Below are positions 37,598 through 46,076 of a DNA stretch of 64,000 nt, one piece after another. How positions within the stretch are numbered: the first letter of the stretch is position 1; every line of letters starts with the position of its first letter. The notes beneath the pieces are model-generated. The model did no database searches, was not told the DNA's origin, and was given only the letters and a program-made list of their open reading frames with translations. This DNA comes from an uncultured Candidatus Saccharibacteria bacterium (GTDB taxonomy: Bacteria; Patescibacteriota; Minisyncoccia; UBA6257; 1-14-0-10-44-23). The DNA lies in assembly GCA_964549935.1 (NCBI GenBank), contig CAZJVT010000001.1, positions 283,922-347,921 on the forward strand. The letters are read 5' to 3'. A program made the translations under genes and the position numbers.

Positions 37598-37635
37598 ATG
37601 TTACTTATTTTGTTACGTAACAAGGTAAGTAACAT
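37598..37635. promoter_or_regulatory. 38-bp palindromic operator (GTTAC/GTAAC boxes)
   Basis: ATGTTACTTATTTTGTTAC|GTAACAAGGTAAGTAACAT overlapping the AbrB-like gene promoter. Confidence 0.65.
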
Positions 37636-37698
37636 GTTACGTAGCAACTATGATTTGTTGCCAAATAGCCTAAAAATCGCTAGAATTGCGAAACCTAC

Positions 37699-37769
37699 TG
37701 GGGGATCGTCTAATGGTAGGACACGGCCCTTTGAAGGCTGGCATCTAGGTTCGATTCCTAGTCCCCCAA
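37699..37769 (+). tRNA. tRNA-Gln(UUG), CCA not encoded
   Basis: Acceptor TGGGGGA/TCCCCCA, anticodon arm CGGCC-CTTTGAA-GGCTG, T arm CTAGG-TTCGATT-CCTAG; promoter TTGCCA-17-TAGAAT at 37658-37686. Confidence 0.95.
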
Positions 37770-37833
37770 CAAATGAAATTCAGGACTCTCAAAAAAGTCA
37801 TTTTGGGTTATACTCAAGTTATTCAAAACGAAT

Positions 37834-38772
37834 ATGTCTAAACCCACAATCCTTATAACTGATACTCTGTTTATCCTGCCTGAGCATGAAAAAATGCTGC
37901 GCGATGCAGGTTACGAGCTTGAACGTTTGCCTACGCCTACGGCCTCGGAGGAGGAATTAATCAAGCACATTAAAGGGAAAGTCGGCTATGTCCTTGGCGG
38001 TATAGAAAAAGTGACCGATAAAGTTATCGAGGCCGCCGATGAACTAAAGGCTATTGCTTTCACGGGGGCCGATTGGCGGGCGATAATGCCGGGTTATGCC
38101 AAAGCGACAGAGCGCGGTATCGCTATCGCCAATACTCCGGGTGCGAATGCAGATGCAGTTGCCGAATATACCATCGCGCTTATCCTTGCTATGGTCCGAG
38201 ATGTTTTTGAGGCTGGACGAACTGGCATAAAAAAGTTTGAGACGACTCCCTCGCTCAATCAGCTAACGGTTGGAATTTTTGGTATGGGTAGAATCGGCGG
38301 TAAAGTCGCCCGTATTTTAAAGGCATTAGGCACAAAAGAAATACTCTATTTCAGCCGTGAGCAAAAGCAAGATGTTGAAAAAGTAACTGGGGCTAAGTTT
38401 GTAAGTATTGATGAACTTCTTTCCCGAAGTGATGTCGTAACTCTGCACGCCTCCAAAGAAGCCGGGGCGGGCTATATAGGCAAAAACGAACTCGCGAAAA
38501 TGAAAAATGGAGCAATTCTTATTAACTGCGGTTTTACCGGTAGTGCAGACAACAGCGCGCTCTACGATGAACTAAAATCCGGACGGCTACGCGCTGCACA
38601 AGATGATCCTATTGATGAGCGGTTTAACACCCTGCCCCTATTCAACTGGTTCAGCTCTAATTCGCATCGGGCCTACAACACATTTGAAGCTGCCAAAACT
38701 GCAAGCGACATGTCTACGCAGTCGCTATTGAACATGTTGGCAACAGGAAAAGATCAGTATCGGGTTAACTGA
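37834..38772 (+). CDS. D-isomer-specific 2-hydroxyacid dehydrogenase family protein
   Basis: NTPGANADAVAE, GMGRIG, DVVTLH, MKNGAILIN. Confidence 0.85.
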   Translation: MSKPTILITDTLFILPEHEKMLRDAGYELERLPTPTASEEELIKHIKGKVGYVLGGIEKVTDKVIEAADELKAIAFTGADWRAIMPGYAKATERGIAIANTPGANADAVAEYTIALILAMVRDVFEAGRTGIKKFETTPSLNQLTVGIFGMGRIGGKVARILKALGTKEILYFSREQKQDVEKVTGAKFVSIDELLSRSDVVTLHASKEAGAGYIGKNELAKMKNGAILINCGFTGSADNSALYDELKSGRLRAAQDDPIDERFNTLPLFNWFSSNSHRAYNTFEAAKTASDMSTQSLLNMLATGKDQYRVN

Positions 38773-38795
38773 TCAGCTGCTATTGCTATAAGCCT

Positions 38796-39614
38796 ATGAA
38801 ATTAAGCATATACAAACTTTTTTCAGTCGTAGCTATTTTGCTGATACTCGTTTCTGCGCTCGGTATTGGGAGTAATTATTTGTGTACGAATGAATTTAAT
38901 CACCTCGGCTGTCCACTGGCCTCCTTGCTCTATTCTCCGTTTGGTCACGAAGCAGGCAGCGGCGTTGCGGTGGCAATTATCGGATTTATAACCTATCTGA
39001 TGGTTGGAGTCATTGGGCTGGCGATGCTGCTGATTGTTTGGGCGGCAGGAACGAAAAAGCAGGAGCTGCGTCCTCGTCCGAAAACGTTGCTTTTGTCCGC
39101 GGCTCTTATACTAATCATTCTTTTTGGGACGATCGCGTATCAGCGAGTATACGAAGCTGTCGTTGTCCCGCGGCTGATTGAGCAGCGTTTCCAAGAAGTT
39201 ACCGGCACAACTCCGGAGCAGGCCCAGAGTGTGAGTTGCCCGGGTGGATTGCTTGGAGTTGCTCTCGTTCGGTATCCGTCTTGTCCGGAGTGTGATAAAG
39301 CAGAAGATTTTCTCACCACAATTAATCTTGGCGAGCGTTTAAAAATATTTAACCTTGCATCTCCCGAGGCGCTGCCCGACCCCTATTCAGGCAACTTCAA
39401 CACCTTGGCAGATGTATTATTTTCTCGTATTGCGTCGCTGTATCAGGCGCAGGCGAAGCGTTCCATCTATCACGAGCCCGGCAGCAGCTTCCGTGCTGAT
39501 ACGGAAACTTCAGGAGTAATGGTTTCAGCCTGTAAAACGGATATACTTTTTGATTTTACTAATAAATCGTTTGACGCTGCGCCGGTACAGTCGGAAATTG
39601 GCAGAGCGTTGTAG
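38796..39614 (+). CDS. Hypothetical membrane protein with C-terminal CxxC (thioredoxin-like) domain
   Basis: Three TMs; CPEC motif. Confidence 0.6.
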   Translation: MKLSIYKLFSVVAILLILVSALGIGSNYLCTNEFNHLGCPLASLLYSPFGHEAGSGVAVAIIGFITYLMVGVIGLAMLLIVWAAGTKKQELRPRPKTLLLSAALILIILFGTIAYQRVYEAVVVPRLIEQRFQEVTGTTPEQAQSVSCPGGLLGVALVRYPSCPECDKAEDFLTTINLGERLKIFNLASPEALPDPYSGNFNTLADVLFSRIASLYQAQAKRSIYHEPGSSFRADTETSGVMVSACKTDILFDFTNKSFDAAPVQSEIGRAL

Positions 39615-39670
39615 TTCCAACAAAATCAGTAATAAAAAGTCCAGAAGCGCGGCTACGTTTATACAAAAAG

Positions 39671-40273
39671 ATGCGGAAAATAATTACTACAACTTTTGTA
39701 ACTCTCGACGGAGTGATGCAGGCTCCGGGCGGAACAGAGGAGGATACCTCCGGCGGGTTTGCTTATGGCGGCTGGCAGATGTCCTTTCCTCCGGACGAGA
39801 AGCTGCTTTCTATTTTGATGGGATTTATGAGTGCCCCATTTGAGCTACTGCTTGGCAGGGTTACTTACGATATCTTTGCTGCGTACTGGCCGAAGGCAAA
39901 AACCGACCTGGAGGTCGCGGAGCCATTTAATCGTACAAAAAAGTACGTTGTGTCGCATACCTCTTTTGCGCCCGAGTGGCATAACTCATTTTGCGTTACG
40001 GGCGATGTTGTATCGCAGCTTAAAAAGCTCAAAGAGGAGGAGGGTCCTGACCTGTGGGTCTACGGCAGCGGCAATCTCATTCAGACCCTGCTCAAGCACC
40101 ATTTAGTAGACAGGATGCACCTCTGGATTCACCCGATCACCATCGGGGCGGGTAAAAAGCTTTTCGCGGAGGGGACCCAGCCGGAGAACTTCAAACTTGT
40201 TGATGCCAAGATCGGCGAGACCGGCCTCATTCTGGCTACCTATGAGCCGGCCGGTCCGCTAAAAATCGGATAG
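39671..40273 (+). CDS. Dihydrofolate reductase / RibD C-terminal family protein
   Basis: VTLDGVMQAPG, LLGRVTY, GSGNL, GKKLF. Confidence 0.88.
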   Translation: MRKIITTTFVTLDGVMQAPGGTEEDTSGGFAYGGWQMSFPPDEKLLSILMGFMSAPFELLLGRVTYDIFAAYWPKAKTDLEVAEPFNRTKKYVVSHTSFAPEWHNSFCVTGDVVSQLKKLKEEEGPDLWVYGSGNLIQTLLKHHLVDRMHLWIHPITIGAGKKLFAEGTQPENFKLVDAKIGETGLILATYEPAGPLKIG

Positions 40274-40312
40274 TGCTTTATTGGAGTGCCTTTAGGGCGC
40301 TATACTAAACAA

Positions 40313-40621
40313 ATGAAATCCAACCCCGTCGTACAGAGCCTTGGTCACGCGCTACTCGCTTTTGTCTACATCCTGCTCGTTGCTTTTGTAATGCATAACG
40401 GAGAGCAGGTTTTTGGACATGACGACAAGATTTGGGGGACTATCGCGGTCTTAACGTTGTTTGTTTTGTCGGCCTCGGTGATGGGCGCGCTCGTGCTTGG
40501 TCGGCCAATCTTGCTCTACTTAGACGGACACAAAACCGCCGCGGTTAAGTTTTTCGGCTACACGCTGGGCTGGATGGTTGTCATCCTCGCGATCATTTTT
40601 GTCTCGCAGGCCTGGCGATAG
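40313..40621 (+). CDS. Small membrane protein
   Basis: Three TMs; TATACT 6 nt before the ATG. Confidence 0.7.
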   Translation: MKSNPVVQSLGHALLAFVYILLVAFVMHNGEQVFGHDDKIWGTIAVLTLFVLSASVMGALVLGRPILLYLDGHKTAAVKFFGYTLGWMVVILAIIFVSQAWR

Positions 40622-40680
40622 TTTCGGTGTGCATAAGTAGTAGGTGCGTATTTTTCTGTGCGTGCTACAGTAAAAGTATT

Positions 40681-41217
40681 ATGGAAATGTTACTTTTTGT
40701 GCTCGCTTGGCCGCTGCTGATTTTCTTTATCGGCTTTCTCGTAATAGCGTTCTACGGAGCGTTTATTACTGCCGGTGCGGCCCTGACCAGCCAGGTTCTC
40801 GGTTTACCGATAGTTATTATCATTTTGCTTTACGTCGTGGCGCGTTCGCAGCAGAAAACTGCTAAGCAAACGCCGATTATGCAATCGCAGATTGCGCAAT
40901 CGTTTGTTGTCTCACTTTCAGTTGGTCTGCTCGTTCCGCTTTTTGTCCACGAATTGCTTCGTGCCTCGGGAAAGAATCTCGCGTCAATGATCGTGGCTTT
41001 GCTTTTTGGCTTCGGTTTGATGGCTTGGGGAATGTTTATGAAAGATAACTCGACGCTACGCCGGGCGAATCTTATCGGCAGCGTTCTCACAATTATCTAC
41101 TGCTATACGCAGCTTTGGCAGTTGCCGGTGCCGTCGGCGAAGGTCATCGCTTCGGCCATCGGACTCGTTGCGGCGATCACTATCGGTATTATTCGCTTTA
41201 AAGATAAATTGATATAA
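40681..41217 (+). CDS. Hypothetical membrane protein
   Basis: Multiple TMs. Confidence 0.65.
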   Translation: MEMLLFVLAWPLLIFFIGFLVIAFYGAFITAGAALTSQVLGLPIVIIILLYVVARSQQKTAKQTPIMQSQIAQSFVVSLSVGLLVPLFVHELLRASGKNLASMIVALLFGFGLMAWGMFMKDNSTLRRANLIGSVLTIIYCYTQLWQLPVPSAKVIASAIGLVAAITIGIIRFKDKLI

Positions 41218-41221
41218 ACCT

Positions 41222-41647
41222 ATGAAGCCTAACTACACAAAAATCTTCTTCGGCGTTATCGTTTTTCTTTTTAGCACTGCTTTGGCTTACTTCAGCGCAG
41301 ATTACTTTACGGGTGGCCAGGTGCTTTTCTCGGGAGCGGCTGTCACCGCCGGTCAGACGACGAGCCCGGGGTTTGTCATGTTTATCTTCGGCTTGATTTA
41401 CGCGGTTGCCGGTGTGCTCTTAGTCAGAGTCATTCCAGTGAGCTTGGGTATATTGCTTGCGGCGGACGTTACGCTGCTTGATGCTCTTGCGCGCAACTAC
41501 GACAGCATCGAGGGAATGTATCGTGTCGGACTGATTGGGCTGGTCATCGTCTTTGTGTATCTCTTCGCCTGGTTTAGGTGTAAGGATTCGATGCTTAGCG
41601 GCGGGACAACTGAAACCATAGTGTTCGAAGCTCCGAAAACTTCATAG
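41222..41647 (+). CDS. Hypothetical membrane protein
   Basis: Multiple TMs; operonic spacing. Confidence 0.65.
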   Translation: MKPNYTKIFFGVIVFLFSTALAYFSADYFTGGQVLFSGAAVTAGQTTSPGFVMFIFGLIYAVAGVLLVRVIPVSLGILLAADVTLLDALARNYDSIEGMYRVGLIGLVIVFVYLFAWFRCKDSMLSGGTTETIVFEAPKTS

Positions 41648-41652
41648 TAAAC

Positions 41653-41686
41653 AAGCTAAAAGACGCCCGCGGGCGTCTTTTAGCTT
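41653..41686. terminator. Bidirectional terminator
   Basis: AAGCTAAAAGACGCCC-GC-GGGCGTCTTTTAGCTT. Confidence 0.88.
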
Positions 41687-41771
41687 TGGGCTCTACTTCA
41701 GGTGCTCTATAAGAGCAACTTCAAGGGGTATGCTCGGCCGCGAGGGGGTACGCGGCACTCCTATCCTCTTT

Positions 41772-42884
41772 TTATGAGTTGCTCTTCAAGTGCTCTATAA
41801 GAGCAACTTCAAGGGGGATAGTCGCAAACGGAGAGTATCGCATCTGGGAGTAGGCCACGATCAGGGCTTTAATGAGCGGGATGTGCTTTTTGTCATCTAG
41901 TTTGCCGGCGTGGACTTTGAGGCCGTCCATTTCTTTGGTCGTCAGTTCGCGCTTAAAGAAGTTTTCCAGATCGGGGTTGTATTTGAGCGTGAGGGCGCGG
42001 CGGAGGTAGTGGATTAACTCTTTGGTTAAATCCACGACGTTGTGCCCGCCAGTTGCGAGTTCGTTTAAATAAGCGAGTGAGCCTTTCAAATCATTGGCGA
42101 TGATTTTTTCGGCCAGGGTAATGACGCGGGTGTAGCCGACGGTGCCCAGGTGCTGCTCGACAGTCGCGAGCGTAACTTTTTCGGCTAGCGCCGTAATTTG
42201 AGTCAGCAAACTTTCGGCGTCACGGAAGCTGCCTTCGGCCATCGCAGCGATGAGCTCCACGGCGTCGTCATCAATCTTAAACTTTTCGGCTTTCACGATC
42301 GTCTTTAATTTGCCGATGATGATATCGAGCGGCAGTTTACGGAAGTGGAAGCGCTGCGCGCGGCTGGCGATAGTTGCCGGGACCTTATCGAACTCCGTCG
42401 TCGCCAAAATAAACAACACGTGTGCCGGCGGCTCCTCGAGCGTCTTCAGTAGTGCATTAAAGGCACCCTTACTAAGCATATGGACCTCGTCGAAGATAAT
42501 TACTTTGCGCGGGTAGCTCGACGGGGCGAGGCGGACGCCTTCGATAATATCGCGGACGTTGTCGACACCGGTGTTGCTCGCGGCGTCGATTTCTATAACG
42601 TCTACGCCACGACCGGCATCAATTTCTTCACAAGCCCGGCACTTGTTACACGGCTCGCCGGTTGCGGCAAACTTTTTATCATCGCGGCGGGTTAAGCAGC
42701 AGGCGAGTTTGGCAAGTAATCTGGCGGCGGTTGTTTTGCCGCTGCCGCGCGGACCAAAAAATAAATAAGCGTGGCCGAGCTTGTTGGTCGCGGCGGCACT
42801 TTTTAAAACATTAGTAACCTGTTCCTGTCCGAGAAGTTCGTCTAAGGTCTTGGGGCGGTATTTGCGGTAAAGGGCTAAGGACAT
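41772..42884 (-). CDS. dnaX: DNA polymerase III gamma/tau subunit (short, 370 aa)
   Basis: LYRKYRP, GPRGSGKT, Zn module, EIDAASN, DEVHML, NALLKTLEEPP. Confidence 0.95.
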   Translation of the reverse strand: MSLALYRKYRPKTLDELLGQEQVTNVLKSAAATNKLGHAYLFFGPRGSGKTTAARLLAKLACCLTRRDDKKFAATGEPCNKCRACEEIDAGRGVDVIEIDAASNTGVDNVRDIIEGVRLAPSSYPRKVIIFDEVHMLSKGAFNALLKTLEEPPAHVLFILATTEFDKVPATIASRAQRFHFRKLPLDIIIGKLKTIVKAEKFKIDDDAVELIAAMAEGSFRDAESLLTQITALAEKVTLATVEQHLGTVGYTRVITLAEKIIANDLKGSLAYLNELATGGHNVVDLTKELIHYLRRALTLKYNPDLENFFKRELTTKEMDGLKVHAGKLDDKKHIPLIKALIVAYSQMRYSPFATIPLEVALIEHLKSNS

Positions 42885-43078
42885 AAATAGTTACTTGGTT
42901 ACTTAGTTAGTTGGTTGCTTGGCGAAAAGCGGATAGAGAGAAGGCAAATTTCACTCTAAGCTTATCGCGTGTGAGACATAAAAACAACTAGTTTATCGTT
43001 CTCCACATTTACTTGGCCAGGGAGGGCGAGCTAAATGTTGCAAAACAGTCTACAATAGAAGGAGCGACTGTACGCATT

Positions 43079-44386
43079 ATGAAGAAATTTAAGCGCACGG
43101 CGGTTTTTATGCTGGTAACGGCAATCGTGGTGATTGGTACCGGTATATTTTTGTTGACCTTTCCGGCCGCGAGCTCGACATTTTTAGGTTCTGTAGCGCC
43201 GGTTCTTGAGCCAGTCAAAATTGACATCAACGCCGACATTAAACCACAGCAGCCGCTAGCCAATCCGCCGCATCCGATTAAGGCGCTTTACTTAACCTCG
43301 TGGTCCGCGGGAGGTCCGGCGGCTGTCGCTCGCGTTATTAATCTCATTCAAACGACGGAGCTTAACGCCGTTGTCGTCGATATCAAAGACTATACGGGGA
43401 AAATCAGTTACAAGCCGGACATTGCCGAAATTGTGCAGCGCGGCGCGTATGAACCGCGAATTCCAAAAATTAATACACTTATCAAACAACTGCATGACGC
43501 CGGCGCGTACGTGATTGCGCGTATCGCTGTATTCCAGGATCCGGAGTTAGTAAAGGCGCGGCCCGAGTTTGCGCTCAAGAGCAAAAAGACGGGCGAGCCG
43601 TGGGCGGATAAAAAAGGTATTCACTGGCTGGATGCCGCGGCGCCGGCGGTTTGGGATTACAATATCGCAATTGCGAAAGACGCGCTGCAGCGGGGATTTG
43701 ATGAAGTGAACTTTGATTACATCCGTTTTCCGACGGACGGCGATTTGAAAGATATTCAGTACGCATTTTACGATCCACTCAAAGAGCAGAAGCACGAGGT
43801 GATTCGCGACTTCTTAAAACATGTTCGCAGCGAGTTGCCGTACGCGAAAATCTCCGTCGACATTTTTGGCGAAACAGTGGTTTTTGGGCAGGATTCCGGT
43901 ATCGGGCAGAAGTTTGAAGACTCGCTTTTGTATGTCGATGCTGTTGCGCCGATGATTTATCCGTCGCATTTTTCCACCGGCTTTTTAGGATTTAAAAATC
44001 CTGCCGAGAATCCAAAGGCGGTGATTTCGTATGCGATGACGCGGGCATTTTTACTGCTCAAAAAATTCCAGCTGGAGCAATTAGGTACAATGACAAAAAA
44101 ACCGGCAGGTAATGCTTTACCGGAGGCGAAAGCGGCCGAGCTTGCGCAGCCACCTTCGTTCGCCGAATTACGTCCGTGGCTACAAGACTTTAACTTGGGT
44201 GCGACGTATGATGCCGCTAAGGTCCGGGCCCAGATTGATGCCGTTAACGCCGCTGCTCGTGTAGCGGTTGGCTGTAAGGATGCCGCCTTAGAGTGTCCGG
44301 GTGCCGAGATCGGATGGATGTTGTGGAATGCCGGGAGTGGTTATAATACGAAGGGGGCGTTGCTTCCGGAAGACAATAAACAGTAA
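43079..44386 (+). CDS. Putative glycoside hydrolase (DUF4015-like TIM barrel), membrane anchored
   Basis: ELNAVVVDIKD, IARIAVFQD, GFDEVNFDYIRFP, PMIYPSH, RPWLQDF. Confidence 0.8.
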   Translation: MKKFKRTAVFMLVTAIVVIGTGIFLLTFPAASSTFLGSVAPVLEPVKIDINADIKPQQPLANPPHPIKALYLTSWSAGGPAAVARVINLIQTTELNAVVVDIKDYTGKISYKPDIAEIVQRGAYEPRIPKINTLIKQLHDAGAYVIARIAVFQDPELVKARPEFALKSKKTGEPWADKKGIHWLDAAAPAVWDYNIAIAKDALQRGFDEVNFDYIRFPTDGDLKDIQYAFYDPLKEQKHEVIRDFLKHVRSELPYAKISVDIFGETVVFGQDSGIGQKFEDSLLYVDAVAPMIYPSHFSTGFLGFKNPAENPKAVISYAMTRAFLLLKKFQLEQLGTMTKKPAGNALPEAKAAELAQPPSFAELRPWLQDFNLGATYDAAKVRAQIDAVNAAARVAVGCKDAALECPGAEIGWMLWNAGSGYNTKGALLPEDNKQ

Positions 44387-44401
44387 AGTATAAACAAGAC
44401 A

Positions 44402-45142
44402 ATGGGAGCGTTTGAAGTACGACACGAGTATTACAGCGGGCCGATGGAGAAGTTGCTGCAGCTGGTTGAGGAGCGGCATCTTGAGATTTCGCGCGTTAAC
44501 CTCGCAACAGTTACTGCAGATTTTATCGCCTACGTCGAGCAGCTGGGTGAATCGGCAAACTCAGAAACAATTTCGGATTTTATTGTCGTTGCGGCGAGGC
44601 TGCTCGTTATTAAATCGAAAGAGCTGGTTCCGAACTTAGAACTCACCGCGGAAGAGGAGTCGCAGATTTTTGATCTCGAGCACCGGCTGCAGCTGTATCG
44701 TGAATTTAAAAAAGCCGGCGAGGGGCTTAAGCAGCTTTGGAGCAAGCAGCAGCCGCTTATGACGCGCGATTTCTTGAGCGGCGCAAAGAATACATCAGTT
44801 TTTTATCCGTCCAAGCAGGTGACGGCGACGGCGCTTCGCGAGTCGCTGGAGCAACTGCTTAAGATTATGGCCGATCTGGCGCCGGAGTCGCGCACGGTGG
44901 CCGCAGCGGCGATGGTCAGTCTGCAGGAAAAGATGGCCGAGCTTACCGAGCGCCTTACAAAGCAGGCGAGCCTCACATTTAAAGGTACGGCAAGCAAAGC
45001 GCAGAAGCAGGAGGTGATTGTGCTCTTTTTGGCGGTGCTGCATCTGCTTGCGAACCGATTGGCCGTCGTCGACCAGGAGGATCAGTTCGGCGATATTACA
45101 GTTTCGAGTGCTTCGAGTGTGCCGGAGGTACCGCCACAATAA
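44402..45142 (+). CDS. scpA: Segregation and condensation protein A
   Basis: GPMEKLLQLV, AARLLVIKSKEL, FLAVLHL, Q..QFGDI. Confidence 0.88.
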   Translation: MGAFEVRHEYYSGPMEKLLQLVEERHLEISRVNLATVTADFIAYVEQLGESANSETISDFIVVAARLLVIKSKELVPNLELTAEEESQIFDLEHRLQLYREFKKAGEGLKQLWSKQQPLMTRDFLSGAKNTSVFYPSKQVTATALRESLEQLLKIMADLAPESRTVAAAAMVSLQEKMAELTERLTKQASLTFKGTASKAQKQEVIVLFLAVLHLLANRLAVVDQEDQFGDITVSSASSVPEVPPQ

Positions 45143-45171
45143 GGTTTCTGGTATAGTCTATTTACGACATT

Positions 45172-45780
45172 ATGGAAGAAAACACGCAAACCCCTTCGCT
45201 TATTGCTCGACTTGAAGCTCTGCTTTTTGTGTACGGCGAACTGCTTTCTATAAAGAAAGCGGCGGAGGTTTTGGGCGTTAAAAAAGAAGAGATTAGCGAG
45301 GCGGCGAAGCAACTAAGTGATGCGCTTGCTGTTCGCGGGAGCGGACTCACAGTCATGGTGCATGATGATTCATTGCAGCTCGTGACGCGTAGCGAATTCG
45401 CATCATTGCTCCAAACCGTGATTAAGGCCGAGCTCAATGAATCGCTGACGCCAGCCTCACTTGAAACGCTCGCCATTATTACGTATGCTGGGCCGATAGC
45501 TAGGGCAGAGATTGATTATATTCGTGGCGTCAATTCGAGCTATACGCTTCGCGCACTCGCTCTTCGCGGCCTCGTAGACCGTGAAACCGACCCACAGCGC
45601 GCGAATGTGTACTTATATCGGCCGAGCGCAGACCTCGTTCGTCACCTCGGGATTACTAAGCTTGATGAATTGCCGGACTATCAGCGCCTGCGTGGTGTTG
45701 CTGAAAAAATAAAGCAGCCAACCGCCGCACCGGCACCGGAAGCGCCGCAGACACCGGCCGAACCCGCTCCTGCTAATTAA
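45172..45780 (+). CDS. scpB: Segregation and condensation protein B
   Basis: LEALLFVYGE, SLETLAIITY, IDYIRGVNS. Confidence 0.92.
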   Translation: MEENTQTPSLIARLEALLFVYGELLSIKKAAEVLGVKKEEISEAAKQLSDALAVRGSGLTVMVHDDSLQLVTRSEFASLLQTVIKAELNESLTPASLETLAIITYAGPIARAEIDYIRGVNSSYTLRALALRGLVDRETDPQRANVYLYRPSADLVRHLGITKLDELPDYQRLRGVAEKIKQPTAAPAPEAPQTPAEPAPAN

Positions 45781-45784
45781 TATG

Positions 45785-46075
45785 CCCGGTGCGACAACTT
45801 TGATATGCTCTTTTATACTTACGTTCTCGAAAGTATCAAAGATGGTGATAGATATATAGGCTTTACAACAAACATAACGCGTCGAATAAAAGAGCATCAG
45901 AAAGGCAACTCTTTTTCAACGAAATTTCGTCTACCAATGAAATTCCTGTATGCTGAGGTATGCACGAATGAGCAGGATGCTAGGCGACGGGAAGAGTATT
46001 TAAAAACTACCAGAGGCCGAAGATTTCTCGCTAAGCGTCTGAAAGTATATTATCAATCAAAGTTGTAGCACCGGG
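45785..46075. mobile_element. 291-bp element with 20-bp terminal inverted repeats enclosing a GIY-YIG gene, flanked by TATG direct repeats
   Basis: CCCGGTGCGACAACTTTGAT (45785-45804) / ATCAAAGTTGTAGCACCGGG (46056-46075), 19/20 match; TATG at 45781-45784 and 46076-46079. Confidence 0.7.
45805..46068 (+). CDS. GIY-YIG nuclease family protein, 87 aa
   Basis: YTYVLES...YIGFT.NI.RR..EH...ST..R.P...ARRREEYLKT..GR. Confidence 0.88.
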   Translation: MLFYTYVLESIKDGDRYIGFTTNITRRIKEHQKGNSFSTKFRLPMKFLYAEVCTNEQDARRREEYLKTTRGRRFLAKRLKVYYQSKL

Positions 46076-46076
46076 T

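Noticed and set aside
37770-41690. Integrative element or prophage at tRNA-Gln
   Set aside because: No integrase, phage genes or duplicated tRNA 3' end were seen; only accessory-type genes.
41772-42884. dnaX as a truncated pseudogene
   Set aside because: The clamp-loader domains appear complete with a clean stop; a short gamma-like form is plausible in reduced genomes.
42930-43040. SRP RNA or other ncRNA upstream of dnaX
   Set aside because: Only weak hairpins; the SRP domain IV motif is absent.
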